From: an uncultured Acholeplasmatales bacterium
GTDB taxonomy: Bacteria > Bacillota_I > Bacilli_A > Acholeplasmatales > Anaeroplasmataceae
Assembly (NCBI GenBank): GCA_944324705.1
Contig: CALUXI010000005.1
Span: 7,288 to 71,287 of the forward strand
Length of the DNA stretch: 64,000 nt
Reading direction: 5' to 3'
In this document: in pieces, positions 35,803 through 45,428 of the stretch
How the letters are laid out: every line of letters starts with the position of its first letter
How positions within the stretch are numbered: the first letter of the stretch is position 1
Position numbers and translations under genes: made by a program
Notes under the pieces: model-generated
The model's database searches: none
What the model was told of the DNA's origin: nothing
What the model saw: only the letters and a program-made list of their open reading frames with translations

Positions 35803-36792
35803 ATGGAAAATGAAAAAGAGGAACTAAAAATAGAAACATTAATGTTAAATAAAAGCATTGAAGCTTTTCTAATGTCAATAGAAATTTATAATAAACCAAC
35901 TATAAAATATAGACTAGAAGGCTTCAGTTTTTTCATATGCAATGCGTGGGAACTATTATTAAAAGCAAAAATGTTAAAAGATGGTAAAAATATATACTAT
36001 GAAGATAAACCTAATAGAACAATATCATTAAATAAGTGTTTGGATAATATATTTACCAATGAAAAAGATTATATTAGAAAAAATCTTGAAATTATTATTA
36101 ATCTTAGGAACACTGCTACTCATTATATAATTAAAGAATTAGATTTAATCTATTTGCCTTTTATGCAAGCAAACGTTTTAAACTATTCACAAAAGCTTTA
36201 CGATTTTTTTAACGTTGATATTACAGAAAAAATAAGTAGTTCTTTTTTAACTTTGGTAGCAAATCAAGAGCAAGTAAATGATGAGAAAATATTAAGCACA
36301 TACGGAAATAATATATTTAACCATTATATAAAAATAAAAAACGAAACTCAAAACATTATTAATGAGAGTCAAAATGATAAATTGGCTATAAAAGTTGATA
36401 TGAATATAAAGATAGTAAAAGATACAGACAAAGCACAAGCTACATTTAGAATAGCTAAAGATGGCGAAGAACCTATAAAAATTATAAAGGAAATTAAGGA
36501 TGTAAACTTAATATATTGTTATACACAAAAAAGAGTAAGAGAAATAGTAGTAGATAGATTAAAAAGAAAAAATATTTCTATTAAATTTACTCAGTATGAA
36601 TTAAATTTATTATGTGATAAATATAACTTAAAGGATGATGAAAAATATTATTACTATCACCAGTTAACAAGTCGTTGGGGATGTTCTCAACAACTAATAG
36701 ATTTTATAGTTAATTTATTTACTTCTAATCCAAATATTTTAGACGATATTAAAAATGAATTCAAAACAAATCATTACAATAAAAAAGATTAG
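35803..36792 (+). CDS. uncharacterised helical protein with an R-x4-H motif (HEPN-like; DUF3644-like from memory)
   Basis: 329 aa. LRNTATH at aa 101-107 (R-x4-H = R102-H107, nt 36106-36123). Co-transcribed with the lysogeny genes. Confidence 0.4.
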   Translation: MENEKEELKIETLMLNKSIEAFLMSIEIYNKPTIKYRLEGFSFFICNAWELLLKAKMLKDGKNIYYEDKPNRTISLNKCLDNIFTNEKDYIRKNLEIIINLRNTATHYIIKELDLIYLPFMQANVLNYSQKLYDFFNVDITEKISSSFLTLVANQEQVNDEKILSTYGNNIFNHYIKIKNETQNIINESQNDKLAIKVDMNIKIVKDTDKAQATFRIAKDGEEPIKIIKEIKDVNLIYCYTQKRVREIVVDRLKRKNISIKFTQYELNLLCDKYNLKDDEKYYYYHQLTSRWGCSQQLIDFIVNLFTSNPNILDDIKNEFKTNHYNKKD

Positions 36793-36957
36793 CCCCAGGA
36801 GCAAAGGAATTCTAAATATACTTAAGTATATCTACTCTCATTCGAGAACCCAGCTTTAATCCTTCACAAGCTAATCTCAGTGCAATTATTTTAATTTAAA
36901 TTAAATCTTTTTTCAATACTTTTTTATAAAAAATAACAAGGAGGATTAAAAAAACAA

Positions 36958-37158
36958 ATGATTAAAGAAAACAACATTTTAAATTTATTAATTAAAAATT
37001 TAAAGACTGGTGATGAACTAGCCGAGTATTTAGGGCTAACATTAAAGGAAACCGAGGACTATATTTTAATGCGTAAATTTTTACCTTGGCAAATTGCTTT
37101 TCTTTGCTCTAAATTTTTTAATGTAAACCCCGAAGAGGTTATTTATGCCAGCATATAA
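36958..37158 (+). CDS. small HTH protein (excisionase/regulator candidate)
   Basis: 66 aa; overlaps the integrase start. Confidence 0.35.
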   Translation: MIKENNILNLLIKNLKTGDELAEYLGLTLKETEDYILMRKFLPWQIAFLCSKFFNVNPEEVIYASI

Positions 37159-38257
37159 ATACACAGATTCAAAAGGCAAAAAACGCTGGTATTTTCAAGG
37201 AATGTATAAAGGGGTCCATTATTGCCGGAGGGTTTGGCAAGGTAAGCCAATGCTTACTAAAATTGAAGCTGTTAATGCTGAATATTACTATTTAGCTCAA
37301 CTCAATTATAAAGAGGCTAATACACCATTAACACAAACTTTCCTATTTGAACTTTGGGATGAATACGTATCTACTAAAGTAGTCAAAGATACTACTAAAA
37401 GGCGATTTGACATTTTTAAGAAAAATTACTTATTACCTATAGGCAACGTTAGACTTGATACTATAACAGTTCAAATGTTACTTCAATGGCGTAAAAAACT
37501 AGAAAAGAAAAGCATAGTTACTTCTTCTAAAAATAAAATATTACAATTTATGCGAAGCTTAATTCAATATGGAATTGATGCATATCAAATGTCTAGCAAA
37601 CTTATAGTGGTATTACGAGAACCATTTAAAGATTACTCAATAAAGAAACATGAAAGTAAACAAGTAATATATACAGATGATGAGTTTAATAAATTTATTA
37701 AAACTTTTGAAAATGATTATATGAGCCAAAATTATAAATTACTTTTTTGCTTGCTTTATTATACAGGATTAAGAATAAGTGAACTAATGGCGTTACGGTT
37801 TAATGATTATAAATTTGATGGTAAAATTCACGTGTATAGGCAGTGGCAAGTAATAGATCGTGTCGGTCAATTTACAAGTTTAAAAACAGATAACAGCAAC
37901 CGCATTGTTACTTTAGATGATCTCACTAGAAAACAACTTGAAGATTTTATAGAACTTACTAAAAAAATAATTAAAGACTTTAAAAAAGACTGGTTCTTTT
38001 TCTTTGGTGATAAGCCAATAAACGAACAAAAGATACGGCGTATTTGTAAAGAACATAGTGATATAGCTAAATTACCACATATTAAATTACATGGTTTTAG
38101 ACATAGCCACGCCACTTATTTACGTAATATGGGATATGATGAATGGACCATAAGTCAAAGATTAGGTAATGATCCAACAACTGCCTCAAAAACTTATATT
38201 CACGCATCTAGTAAAGATGATGAGGAAGTTGCTAAAGCTATAAAAAGAAAAACCTAG
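37145..38257 (+). CDS. int: tyrosine integrase
   Basis: GLRISELMALR, HGFRHSHATYL and KTYIH catalytic-motif pattern; adjacent to attR and the tRNA. Confidence 0.85.
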   Translation: MPAYKYTDSKGKKRWYFQGMYKGVHYCRRVWQGKPMLTKIEAVNAEYYYLAQLNYKEANTPLTQTFLFELWDEYVSTKVVKDTTKRRFDIFKKNYLLPIGNVRLDTITVQMLLQWRKKLEKKSIVTSSKNKILQFMRSLIQYGIDAYQMSSKLIVVLREPFKDYSIKKHESKQVIYTDDEFNKFIKTFENDYMSQNYKLLFCLLYYTGLRISELMALRFNDYKFDGKIHVYRQWQVIDRVGQFTSLKTDNSNRIVTLDDLTRKQLEDFIELTKKIIKDFKKDWFFFFGDKPINEQKIRRICKEHSDIAKLPHIKLHGFRHSHATYLRNMGYDEWTISQRLGNDPTTASKTYIHASSKDDEEVAKAIKRKT

Positions 38258-38362
38258 GATAGTGATATGATATATGGCAATATTTACACAAAGAAAAATA
38301 GTTGTTAACTCAGGCATCTATTTAAAATATGGCTTATTTTTGAGTTAAAATATAACACTTTC

Positions 38363-38448
38363 TAACATTTTTTCTTATTCTGAGTAAATCAAAAAAACAA
38401 AAAAAGCCTTTAATAAGGCTGTAATTACAAAGTGGCGGAGCAGGAGGG
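38363..38448. repeat. attR: repeat overlapping the 3' end of the intact tRNA-Ser
   Basis: 85 of 86 nt identical to 4014-4099. Confidence 0.85.
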
Positions 38449-38523
38449 ATTCGAACCCTCGCACCAGTTACCCGGTCTACTTCCTTAGCAGGGAAGCCTC
38501 TTGAGCCTCTTGAGTACTGCTCC
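38433..38523 (-). tRNA. tRNA-Ser (anticodon GCT), class II with a long variable arm
   Basis: Acceptor GGAGCAG/CTGCTCC, anticodon stem CTTCC/GGAAG with loop CTGCTAA, T-arm GAGGG-TTCGAAT-CCCTC, encoded CCA. Confidence 0.9.
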
Positions 38524-38575
38524 ATTACCTGTCAAGCTCCTATATTATATAGGAAAACTTGACATATTGCAAGAA

Positions 38576-40741
38576 CTAATTTAATAATTCTAATTGTAAT
38601 TTATGATGATCATAATCAATATCTAAAACTTTAACTTTAATTAAATCACCAACACTCAATACTTCTGAAGGGTGTTTAATATCTTTTCTATTCATTTTAG
38701 AAATATGTAATAAACCATCATATTTAACTCCGCAATCAACAAAACAACCAAAATCGATAACGTTGCGAACTGTACCCTCTAATTCATCACCAGCTTTTAC
38801 ATCTTCAAAATGTAAAATATCGCTACGTAATGTTGGGGTAGGATAACTATCCCTAATATCTCTCAATGGTTGAACAAAAGCGTCACAAATATCATTTAAT
38901 GTATATTTATCAATATCAATGTCTTTAACTATTTCATTACGATCTAACTTAGCTACTGCTTCCTTTATTTCAGGTGTTCCAATTGCTTCTTCTGTTAGAC
39001 CCATGTAATTCAAAATGGCTCTAGCTTTATCATAACTTTCAGGGTGAATTGATGTCATATCTAATTTTTCTTCAGGTTCAGCAATTCTTAGGAAACCTAT
39101 AGCTTGTTCATAGGTTTTAGGGCCTATTTTTTTAACATCTTTAATTTCCTTACGTGATTTAATTTTACCATTATTTTCTCTAAATTTGACAATCTCTTGA
39201 GCTGATGATTTTGATAAGCCTGAAACATATGTTAAAAGACTTACTGAAGCTGTATTTACATTAACCCCAATATTATTAACAACATCTTCAACTACATGAT
39301 CTAAAGCTTCAGATAATTGTTTTTGATTAACATCATGTTGATATTGACCAACACCAATACTCTTAGGATCTATCTTAACCAATTCAGCTAACGGATCTTG
39401 AATTCTTCTAGCAATACTTACTGCACTTCTTTCTTGAACTTCAAAATCTGGGAATTCTTCTTTAGCTATATCACTAGCACTATAAACAGAGGCTCCAGCT
39501 TCACTAACAATAATATATTTAACATCTAAATTATTCTTTTTAATTACATCAGCAATAAAACTTTCTGTTTCTCTTGAGGCAGTCCCATTACCAATAGCCA
39601 TTATTTCTACATTATATTTTTTACATAAATTAACTATAGTCTTTTCAGACTTTAATAATTGTGCTTCATCTACTGTAGCACCCTTACTCTTTTCATTAGG
39701 ATAAATAACCCCAATTTCTAAAACCTTACCTGTTGGATCAACAACAGCTAATTTGCAACCTGTTCTAAAAGCCGGATCCACCCCTAATACAACCTTACCT
39801 TTAAGAGGTGGTTGTAATAATAAGTTTTTAACATTTAATGAGAAAACATCAATTGCCTTTATTTCTGCATCTTCAGTCAACATACTTCTAATTTCTCTTT
39901 CGATTGAAGGGGCAATCAATCTCTTATAACTATCAGCTATAGCTTCTTTTACTTCCGTTAAAAACAATAAATGTCTCTTATGAATAACTTGATATTCTAA
40001 ATAATCAATATCTCTTTCTGGCTGTAAAGTGACAGTGATAGTTAAAATATCTAAGTCTTCTCCTCTATTCATTGCTAAAATGCGGTGTGGTTTGATATAG
40101 GCTAGCCCTTCAGTATTATCGTAATACATTTTAAACTTCAAATCAACATCTTCGGCATTTTTCTTTAATTTAGAGCTAATCTTACCATATCTTAATGCTT
40201 TTTCTCTTATATATTTACGATAAGTTGCATTATCACTAACCATTTCAGCAATAATGTACTTAGCACCTTCAATAGCCTTCTCATAAGTTAAATCATCTTT
40301 TAAATATGGTTTAACAATTTCTTCTTTACTCTTACCATAATTAGGTTCAATCATTTGTTTAGCTAAAGGTTCTAAACCAAGTTTAATAGCTTCAGTAGCT
40401 TTAGTCTTCTTCTTTTCTTTGTAAGGACGATATAAATCTTCTACTTCAATTAATTTAGTCGCTTTTAAAATCTCATTTTTTAATTCTTCAGTAAGTAATC
40501 CTTTTTCATCAATTAAACGCATTACATCTTCTTTACGCTTTTCTAAATTAACAGCATAATTATATTTATCACTAATTTCCCTAATAACAACTTCATTTAA
40601 GCCACCAGTTGCTTCTTTACGATATCTAGCAATAAAAGGTACAGTGGCATCTTCAGCTAATAAATTTAAAACAGCCTCTACTTGTTTTTTTGTGATATTT
40701 AATTCATTAGCAATTGGTTCAATTAAATTTTCTTTTTCCAT
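38576..40741 (-). CDS. tex: Tex-like transcription accessory protein (S1 RNA-binding domain)
   Basis: 721 aa with a YqgF-like core, HhH repeats and a C-terminal S1 domain. Confidence 0.85.
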   Translation of the reverse strand: MEKENLIEPIANELNITKKQVEAVLNLLAEDATVPFIARYRKEATGGLNEVVIREISDKYNYAVNLEKRKEDVMRLIDEKGLLTEELKNEILKATKLIEVEDLYRPYKEKKKTKATEAIKLGLEPLAKQMIEPNYGKSKEEIVKPYLKDDLTYEKAIEGAKYIIAEMVSDNATYRKYIREKALRYGKISSKLKKNAEDVDLKFKMYYDNTEGLAYIKPHRILAMNRGEDLDILTITVTLQPERDIDYLEYQVIHKRHLLFLTEVKEAIADSYKRLIAPSIEREIRSMLTEDAEIKAIDVFSLNVKNLLLQPPLKGKVVLGVDPAFRTGCKLAVVDPTGKVLEIGVIYPNEKSKGATVDEAQLLKSEKTIVNLCKKYNVEIMAIGNGTASRETESFIADVIKKNNLDVKYIIVSEAGASVYSASDIAKEEFPDFEVQERSAVSIARRIQDPLAELVKIDPKSIGVGQYQHDVNQKQLSEALDHVVEDVVNNIGVNVNTASVSLLTYVSGLSKSSAQEIVKFRENNGKIKSRKEIKDVKKIGPKTYEQAIGFLRIAEPEEKLDMTSIHPESYDKARAILNYMGLTEEAIGTPEIKEAVAKLDRNEIVKDIDIDKYTLNDICDAFVQPLRDIRDSYPTPTLRSDILHFEDVKAGDELEGTVRNVIDFGCFVDCGVKYDGLLHISKMNRKDIKHPSEVLSVGDLIKVKVLDIDYDHHKLQLELLN

Positions 40742-40780
40742 AATACAAGAAAAACGCTCAATGGCGTTCTTTTTCCTTTC

Positions 40781-41413
40781 TTAACTTAAAGTTATATTTT
40801 GAATCATTTTAGTAGTATCTCTTGTAATTTGAACAAAAGAACCTACTGATGTAGCATTAAATTTGATTGCTTCACTATTAGTATCAATAATTCCTTCTAA
40901 ACCACTATTAGCATCAATTGCACTTTCCATATCAGCATAGAAAGTTCCATCATAAAAGAACAATAGTTGTGGCGTAAAAGTAAAGCTGCCATACGAACTA
41001 TTTTCTAAAATAGAACTATTAACAGATAAACTTGCATCAATTATGTAAAAATCAATAGCATATGTTTCATTCTTCGCAGTAATAGCATTTAATAAATTAC
41101 TTACTTGAGTTTCTACACTACTCTTATCACTATCACTTAAACTATCAAATTCATCATTATTATAGACAAAAATAAAGCTCATTTCTGAATCATCAATCTT
41201 ATTTCCAATTTGTGATGTATTAATTTTATATTCTTCATATTCACTAAAATATGTAGGTATTTCTTTATCACCATTAAATACGCCAACACCCCATAAAATT
41301 AATAATACAATACCTGCAATAAGTATTATACTTACAGGAATTAAAATCATTAATAAGACTTTATGATTCTTTTTTACGCTTCCATTTTTGTTATATACAT
41401 TAGCACGTGCCAA
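40781..41413 (-). CDS. membrane-anchored hypothetical protein
   Basis: Single N-terminal TM, then an Asn/Ser-rich extracytoplasmic part. Confidence 0.4.
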   Translation of the reverse strand: MARANVYNKNGSVKKNHKVLLMILIPVSIILIAGIVLLILWGVGVFNGDKEIPTYFSEYEEYKINTSQIGNKIDDSEMSFIFVYNNDEFDSLSDSDKSSVETQVSNLLNAITAKNETYAIDFYIIDASLSVNSSILENSSYGSFTFTPQLLFFYDGTFYADMESAIDANSGLEGIIDTNSEAIKFNATSVGSFVQITRDTTKMIQNITLS

Positions 41414-41488
41414 GATACATTCCTCCTTAAAATATTATAATTATTATAATAAATTAGACCATAAATAGCAAGATTATTTCTATTTTGC

Positions 41489-41815
41489 CTAAATTATTTG
41501 ACATATTGCTATACTATAATCATCAGTATGACTTAAAGATATTAAAAAATTATAGTCTAAATTAGTTTTAACATAAGGTTTACCCAACTTGTCATTTAAA
41601 ATACTAAAGTCTTTATATCCTAAATTATAATTACTACCTAGAGCTTTATAAATGGCTTCTTTAGCAGCCCAACGACTTGCTACAAACTCGATTTTCCTTT
41701 TTTCTAATTTTAAATTATTATAAACTTCTAATTCTAAATCACTTAATACTCTAGCAGCTAACCTCTCTAAATCCCTAGCTATTCTAGCATTTTCAACTAA
41801 ATCAATCCCTAGCAT
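41489..41815 (-). CDS. acpS: holo-ACP synthase (4'-phosphopantetheinyl transferase)
   Basis: MLGIDLVENARI start, WAAKEAIYKA motif, about 110 aa. Confidence 0.8.
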   Translation of the reverse strand: MLGIDLVENARIARDLERLAARVLSDLELEVYNNLKLEKRKIEFVASRWAAKEAIYKALGSNYNLGYKDFSILNDKLGKPYVKTNLDYNFLISLSHTDDYSIAICQII

Positions 41816-42762
41816 TATTCTTGCCTCTTTTTTTGATAGTTAACAGCTATTTCTTTTATTTTTCTTAATCTATGGTTTAATCCTGATTTAGTTATTTTTT
41901 CATTATAATCTTTTTCTAAAATATGACATAATTCCGTTAAAGAAGCCTCTAAATTATTTTTCCTAACTTCCATTATTAACCTTAGCTTAGAATCTAATTT
42001 ATCAAGGGGATAATATGTTTCTAGGTATTTAATATAGCGCATAAAATTCTTGCTAGCTTCATTTGTCTTACTCTGATTAGCTATATCAAAATTTATTTTC
42101 CTTTTAGTGCTAGTAATCATATTGCGTTTAATAATTATTTCTTCCATATTAAACACTTCTTTACTAACTCCTATTATCCTCAATAAATCACAGATAGCAT
42201 CTCTTTCTTTAATATAAATTACATACTTGTCTTTTCTTTTACTAATCCTAGCATTAAAGTTATAACTATTAACCATACTTTGAATAAATAAGGCTTCATT
42301 ATCACTATTTAAAGCCCATTCTAAATGATAATTAGAAGTTTTAGGGTCATTAACTGAACCAGAGGTTATAAAACTAGCTCTTAAATAAGCTTTTTTCAAT
42401 AAATCTTCACTATATATTTCTTTTTTTAATTCTTCATCACCATGAATTAAAGCAAACTCTTCAACTAATAAATCAGCTGAATCATTAATTTCTAAAACAT
42501 ATAAATTAGGTTTATCAAAGCGCATAATTTGTTTTTGCATTAAATCATATTTGATATTAGGATGCATTTTAGTTAATAATTTAATAACATAACGCATAAT
42601 CGGATTACTTCTAGTTGCAAAACTTAATTTAAAATTAGTAAACCCTGTCATAATTAAACTAAAACCAGTATGAAGAATAGCACATAATGCCACTTCATTT
42701 TCTCTAGTATTTTCAAGTGGTAAATGAGTTAATTCCTCCTTAACCCTTAAAGCATAACTCAT
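41815..42762 (-). CDS. whiA: DNA-binding protein WhiA
   Basis: 315 aa with an MSYALRVKEEL start, a LAGLIDADG-like core and a C-terminal HTH. Confidence 0.8.
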   Translation of the reverse strand: MSYALRVKEELTHLPLENTRENEVALCAILHTGFSLIMTGFTNFKLSFATRSNPIMRYVIKLLTKMHPNIKYDLMQKQIMRFDKPNLYVLEINDSADLLVEEFALIHGDEELKKEIYSEDLLKKAYLRASFITSGSVNDPKTSNYHLEWALNSDNEALFIQSMVNSYNFNARISKRKDKYVIYIKERDAICDLLRIIGVSKEVFNMEEIIIKRNMITSTKRKINFDIANQSKTNEASKNFMRYIKYLETYYPLDKLDSKLRLIMEVRKNNLEASLTELCHILEKDYNEKITKSGLNHRLRKIKEIAVNYQKKRQE

Positions 42763-42763
42763 T

Positions 42764-44488
42764 TTATTCTCCTAATTGTCTAACTAAATCATACATTGAA
42801 GTAACGTAATAATCTGGTAAAGTGTTCAATAAACTTTCGCTTCTTGAACTATCTTTTTTATAACAGATTGCACAAGTCTTAATTTTAGCATTCTTACCAG
42901 CCTCAATATCAGTTACACTATCACCTACATATAAAGTTCTTTTAGCTTTTAAGGTCATAACTGCTTTTCTAATACCTTCAGGATCTGGTTTAGGTTTAGA
43001 TACATCATCACTACCTATTACTATATCAAAATAATCTTTAATTTTAAAATACTCTAAAGCATGATTAACTAAATCATTTTTCTTAGAAGAAACTACCCCT
43101 AATTTATAATTTCTTTTGCTTAATAATTTTAAAACTTCCTTAACGCCAGGAAATAAATTAACTAATTTATCATGATTTTCTTTATTGAAAGCTCTATAAT
43201 ATTCAACCATTTCATTAATTTTAGCTTCGTCACTAGTATATTTTGAAAATGTTTGAACTAATGTTGGGCCGAAAAATGAATCGAGTTCAGCATCACTTAA
43301 TTCATGTTCTGGGTAGAAATGTTCGAATGTATGAATAAATGAACGGAAAATTAATTCTTTAGAGTCTAAAATAGTACCATCTAAATCAAATAAAATAGTA
43401 TCAATTTTATTATTTTTAATATAATCTAATAATTCTAAATATTTTTTTCTTGGTAAGAATAATCTCTTTAAGATTAAATAAGCTATACCACAAACCATAA
43501 ATAATACAGATACTAAAATACTTACTCTAATACTCCCAATTAATAAAACTTCACCTTCAAAACGGAATGATTCAGTAATTGTTCTAACTATACCATACCA
43601 AAATAAATATATACCTAACATATCGCCTGATTCTAAATATTTTGATTTACGTCTTAATATGAACATAATAATTAAACCAACTAAATTTAACATACTTTCA
43701 TATAAGAACATTGGCTGATAATCCCCAGGTGATAACCCTGGCAATAAATAAGAACCATCAATATGCATATTTTCAGTAATAAATCTTGGGAAAAAGATAT
43801 TAAAAATATCTGTATTATGAATTAACGGGCCATACAATTCATGATTGCAGAAATTACCCCAACGACCAAAAATTTGACCAATTAAAAATCCTGGAGCCAC
43901 TACATCTAAGGCCTTAAATAAAGACACCTTTCTAACTTTACAATAAATTATTACTACAATAATCGCAACAATAATACCACCTTGAATACCAAGACCAGCC
44001 CAACCATCACGTAGACCAATAGCATCAGCAAAAGTAGGGAACTTTTCTAAGTTAAATAAAACATACCATACTCTAGCACCAATGATAGCTAAAGGTAAAG
44101 TTATTAAAATACCAGTATAAATAAAGTCACTACTGATACCTATTTTTTTACCTTCATAAACCCCGGCTATAACAGCAACTACAACACCTAACAAAATCCA
44201 CAACGCATACCATCTAACTTCTACATTTAAAATGGTAAAAGCTACTGGATCTATTATGATATATTCAAGTGGCAAAGTTAAATCTAATATCAACAAAACA
44301 ATAAAAGCAAAAATACCAAAAATAATTGGAACTGAATATCTAAAATAAAAATATTCATTCTTATTTTTCCCTTTATTAAAGAGATTTTTTATTTTCCATT
44401 TAGGATATTCTCCATTAATTTTTATATATGGATAATATAAAGCTAAAAGGATAATAATTATTATTGAAACATATAAAGCATATACCAT
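42764..44488 (-). CDS. lgt: prolipoprotein diacylglyceryl transferase fused to a HAD phosphatase (PpaX-like) domain
   Basis: Polytopic Lgt core (GRWGNF) followed by HAD motifs DLDGTILDS ... GDSVTD. Confidence 0.75.
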   Translation of the reverse strand: MVYALYVSIIIIILLALYYPYIKINGEYPKWKIKNLFNKGKNKNEYFYFRYSVPIIFGIFAFIVLLILDLTLPLEYIIIDPVAFTILNVEVRWYALWILLGVVVAVIAGVYEGKKIGISSDFIYTGILITLPLAIIGARVWYVLFNLEKFPTFADAIGLRDGWAGLGIQGGIIVAIIVVIIYCKVRKVSLFKALDVVAPGFLIGQIFGRWGNFCNHELYGPLIHNTDIFNIFFPRFITENMHIDGSYLLPGLSPGDYQPMFLYESMLNLVGLIIMFILRRKSKYLESGDMLGIYLFWYGIVRTITESFRFEGEVLLIGSIRVSILVSVLFMVCGIAYLILKRLFLPRKKYLELLDYIKNNKIDTILFDLDGTILDSKELIFRSFIHTFEHFYPEHELSDAELDSFFGPTLVQTFSKYTSDEAKINEMVEYYRAFNKENHDKLVNLFPGVKEVLKLLSKRNYKLGVVSSKKNDLVNHALEYFKIKDYFDIVIGSDDVSKPKPDPEGIRKAVMTLKAKRTLYVGDSVTDIEAGKNAKIKTCAICYKKDSSRSESLLNTLPDYYVTSMYDLVRQLGE

Positions 44489-45420
44489 TATTTCTCACCC
44501 CTAGCTTTATTATTTACTGCTTCAACAAATGTTTTAGCATCATTATAATTATTATATATTCTTAATTTTTCATTTAATACTGCTGATTCAACTAATAAGG
44601 CAACATTTCTACCAGGTAAAACCGGAATAATCATTTTAGTTATCTCAGTATCAAAAAATTTGATTTTTTCTTGTTTTAAACCAAGTCTATCATAATACTT
44701 ATCTTTATCCCAAGCTTCAAGTTCAATTACTAATTTAACATTTTTCTTAGGTCTATAAGCTGCCGCCCCAAACATATGAACAACATCAACAATACCAATA
44801 CCTCTAATTTCCATATAACGTTTAAGAATATCTGGAGCAGTACCTATTAAGTTGCCTGGCTCTTTTTCAAATATTTCAACTAAGTCATCAGAAATTAATT
44901 GATGGCCTCTTTTTATTAAATCTAAAGCTGTTTCAGATTTACCAATCCCACTATGACCCATAATTAAAGTTCCTAAGCCATGTATATCTAAAAATGTAGC
45001 ATGTAAACTAATTCTAGCAGCTAAGGTTTCTTGTAAATAAGTATATAATTTTGATGAGGTAGCTGTAGTTGATAAATCACTTTTAACTATTGCTATTTTA
45101 TATTTTTTAGCTAGCTCTATAAAATAATCCGGTAAAACAACGTTTTTAGAAATCACAAAAAGTGGCGGTTCTAAATTAAAAATATTATTAACTCGTTCTT
45201 TTTGTGTCTTTAAGTCTAAGGTTTTTAAAAAAGTAGTTTCCTTTGTACCTAATAAAACTATTCTTTGAGGTTCATAAAAATCTAAATACCCACACAATTC
45301 CATTCCAGGACGACAAATCATATCTTCTAATACAACTCTATCTAATCCAGTATCACCATATATAACTGATAAATTATTATCAGCAATAATATTCTTTACA
45401 AGTACTCCTTTATCTTTCAT
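44488..45420 (-). CDS. hprK: HPr kinase/phosphorylase
   Basis: GHSGIGKSETALDLIKRGH Walker A signature. Confidence 0.9.
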   Translation of the reverse strand: MKDKGVLVKNIIADNNLSVIYGDTGLDRVVLEDMICRPGMELCGYLDFYEPQRIVLLGTKETTFLKTLDLKTQKERVNNIFNLEPPLFVISKNVVLPDYFIELAKKYKIAIVKSDLSTTATSSKLYTYLQETLAARISLHATFLDIHGLGTLIMGHSGIGKSETALDLIKRGHQLISDDLVEIFEKEPGNLIGTAPDILKRYMEIRGIGIVDVVHMFGAAAYRPKKNVKLVIELEAWDKDKYYDRLGLKQEKIKFFDTEITKMIIPVLPGRNVALLVESAVLNEKLRIYNNYNDAKTFVEAVNNKARGEK

Positions 45421-45428
45421 TTTACCTC

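Larger units (their letters stand above)
4014..38448. mobile_element. integrated temperate prophage (~34.4 kb) at tRNA-Ser(GCU)
   Basis: 86-bp direct repeats at both ends, a tyrosine integrase next to the tRNA, and complete lysogeny, replication/recombination, packaging, head and tail modules. Confidence 0.9.

Noticed and set aside
37867-38115. 82-aa minus-strand ORF
   Set aside because: Antisense within the integrase gene.
38334-38525. 63-aa ORF in the track
   Set aside because: It lies entirely over tRNA-Ser and its terminator (attR). Its sequence is just the tRNA read as protein.
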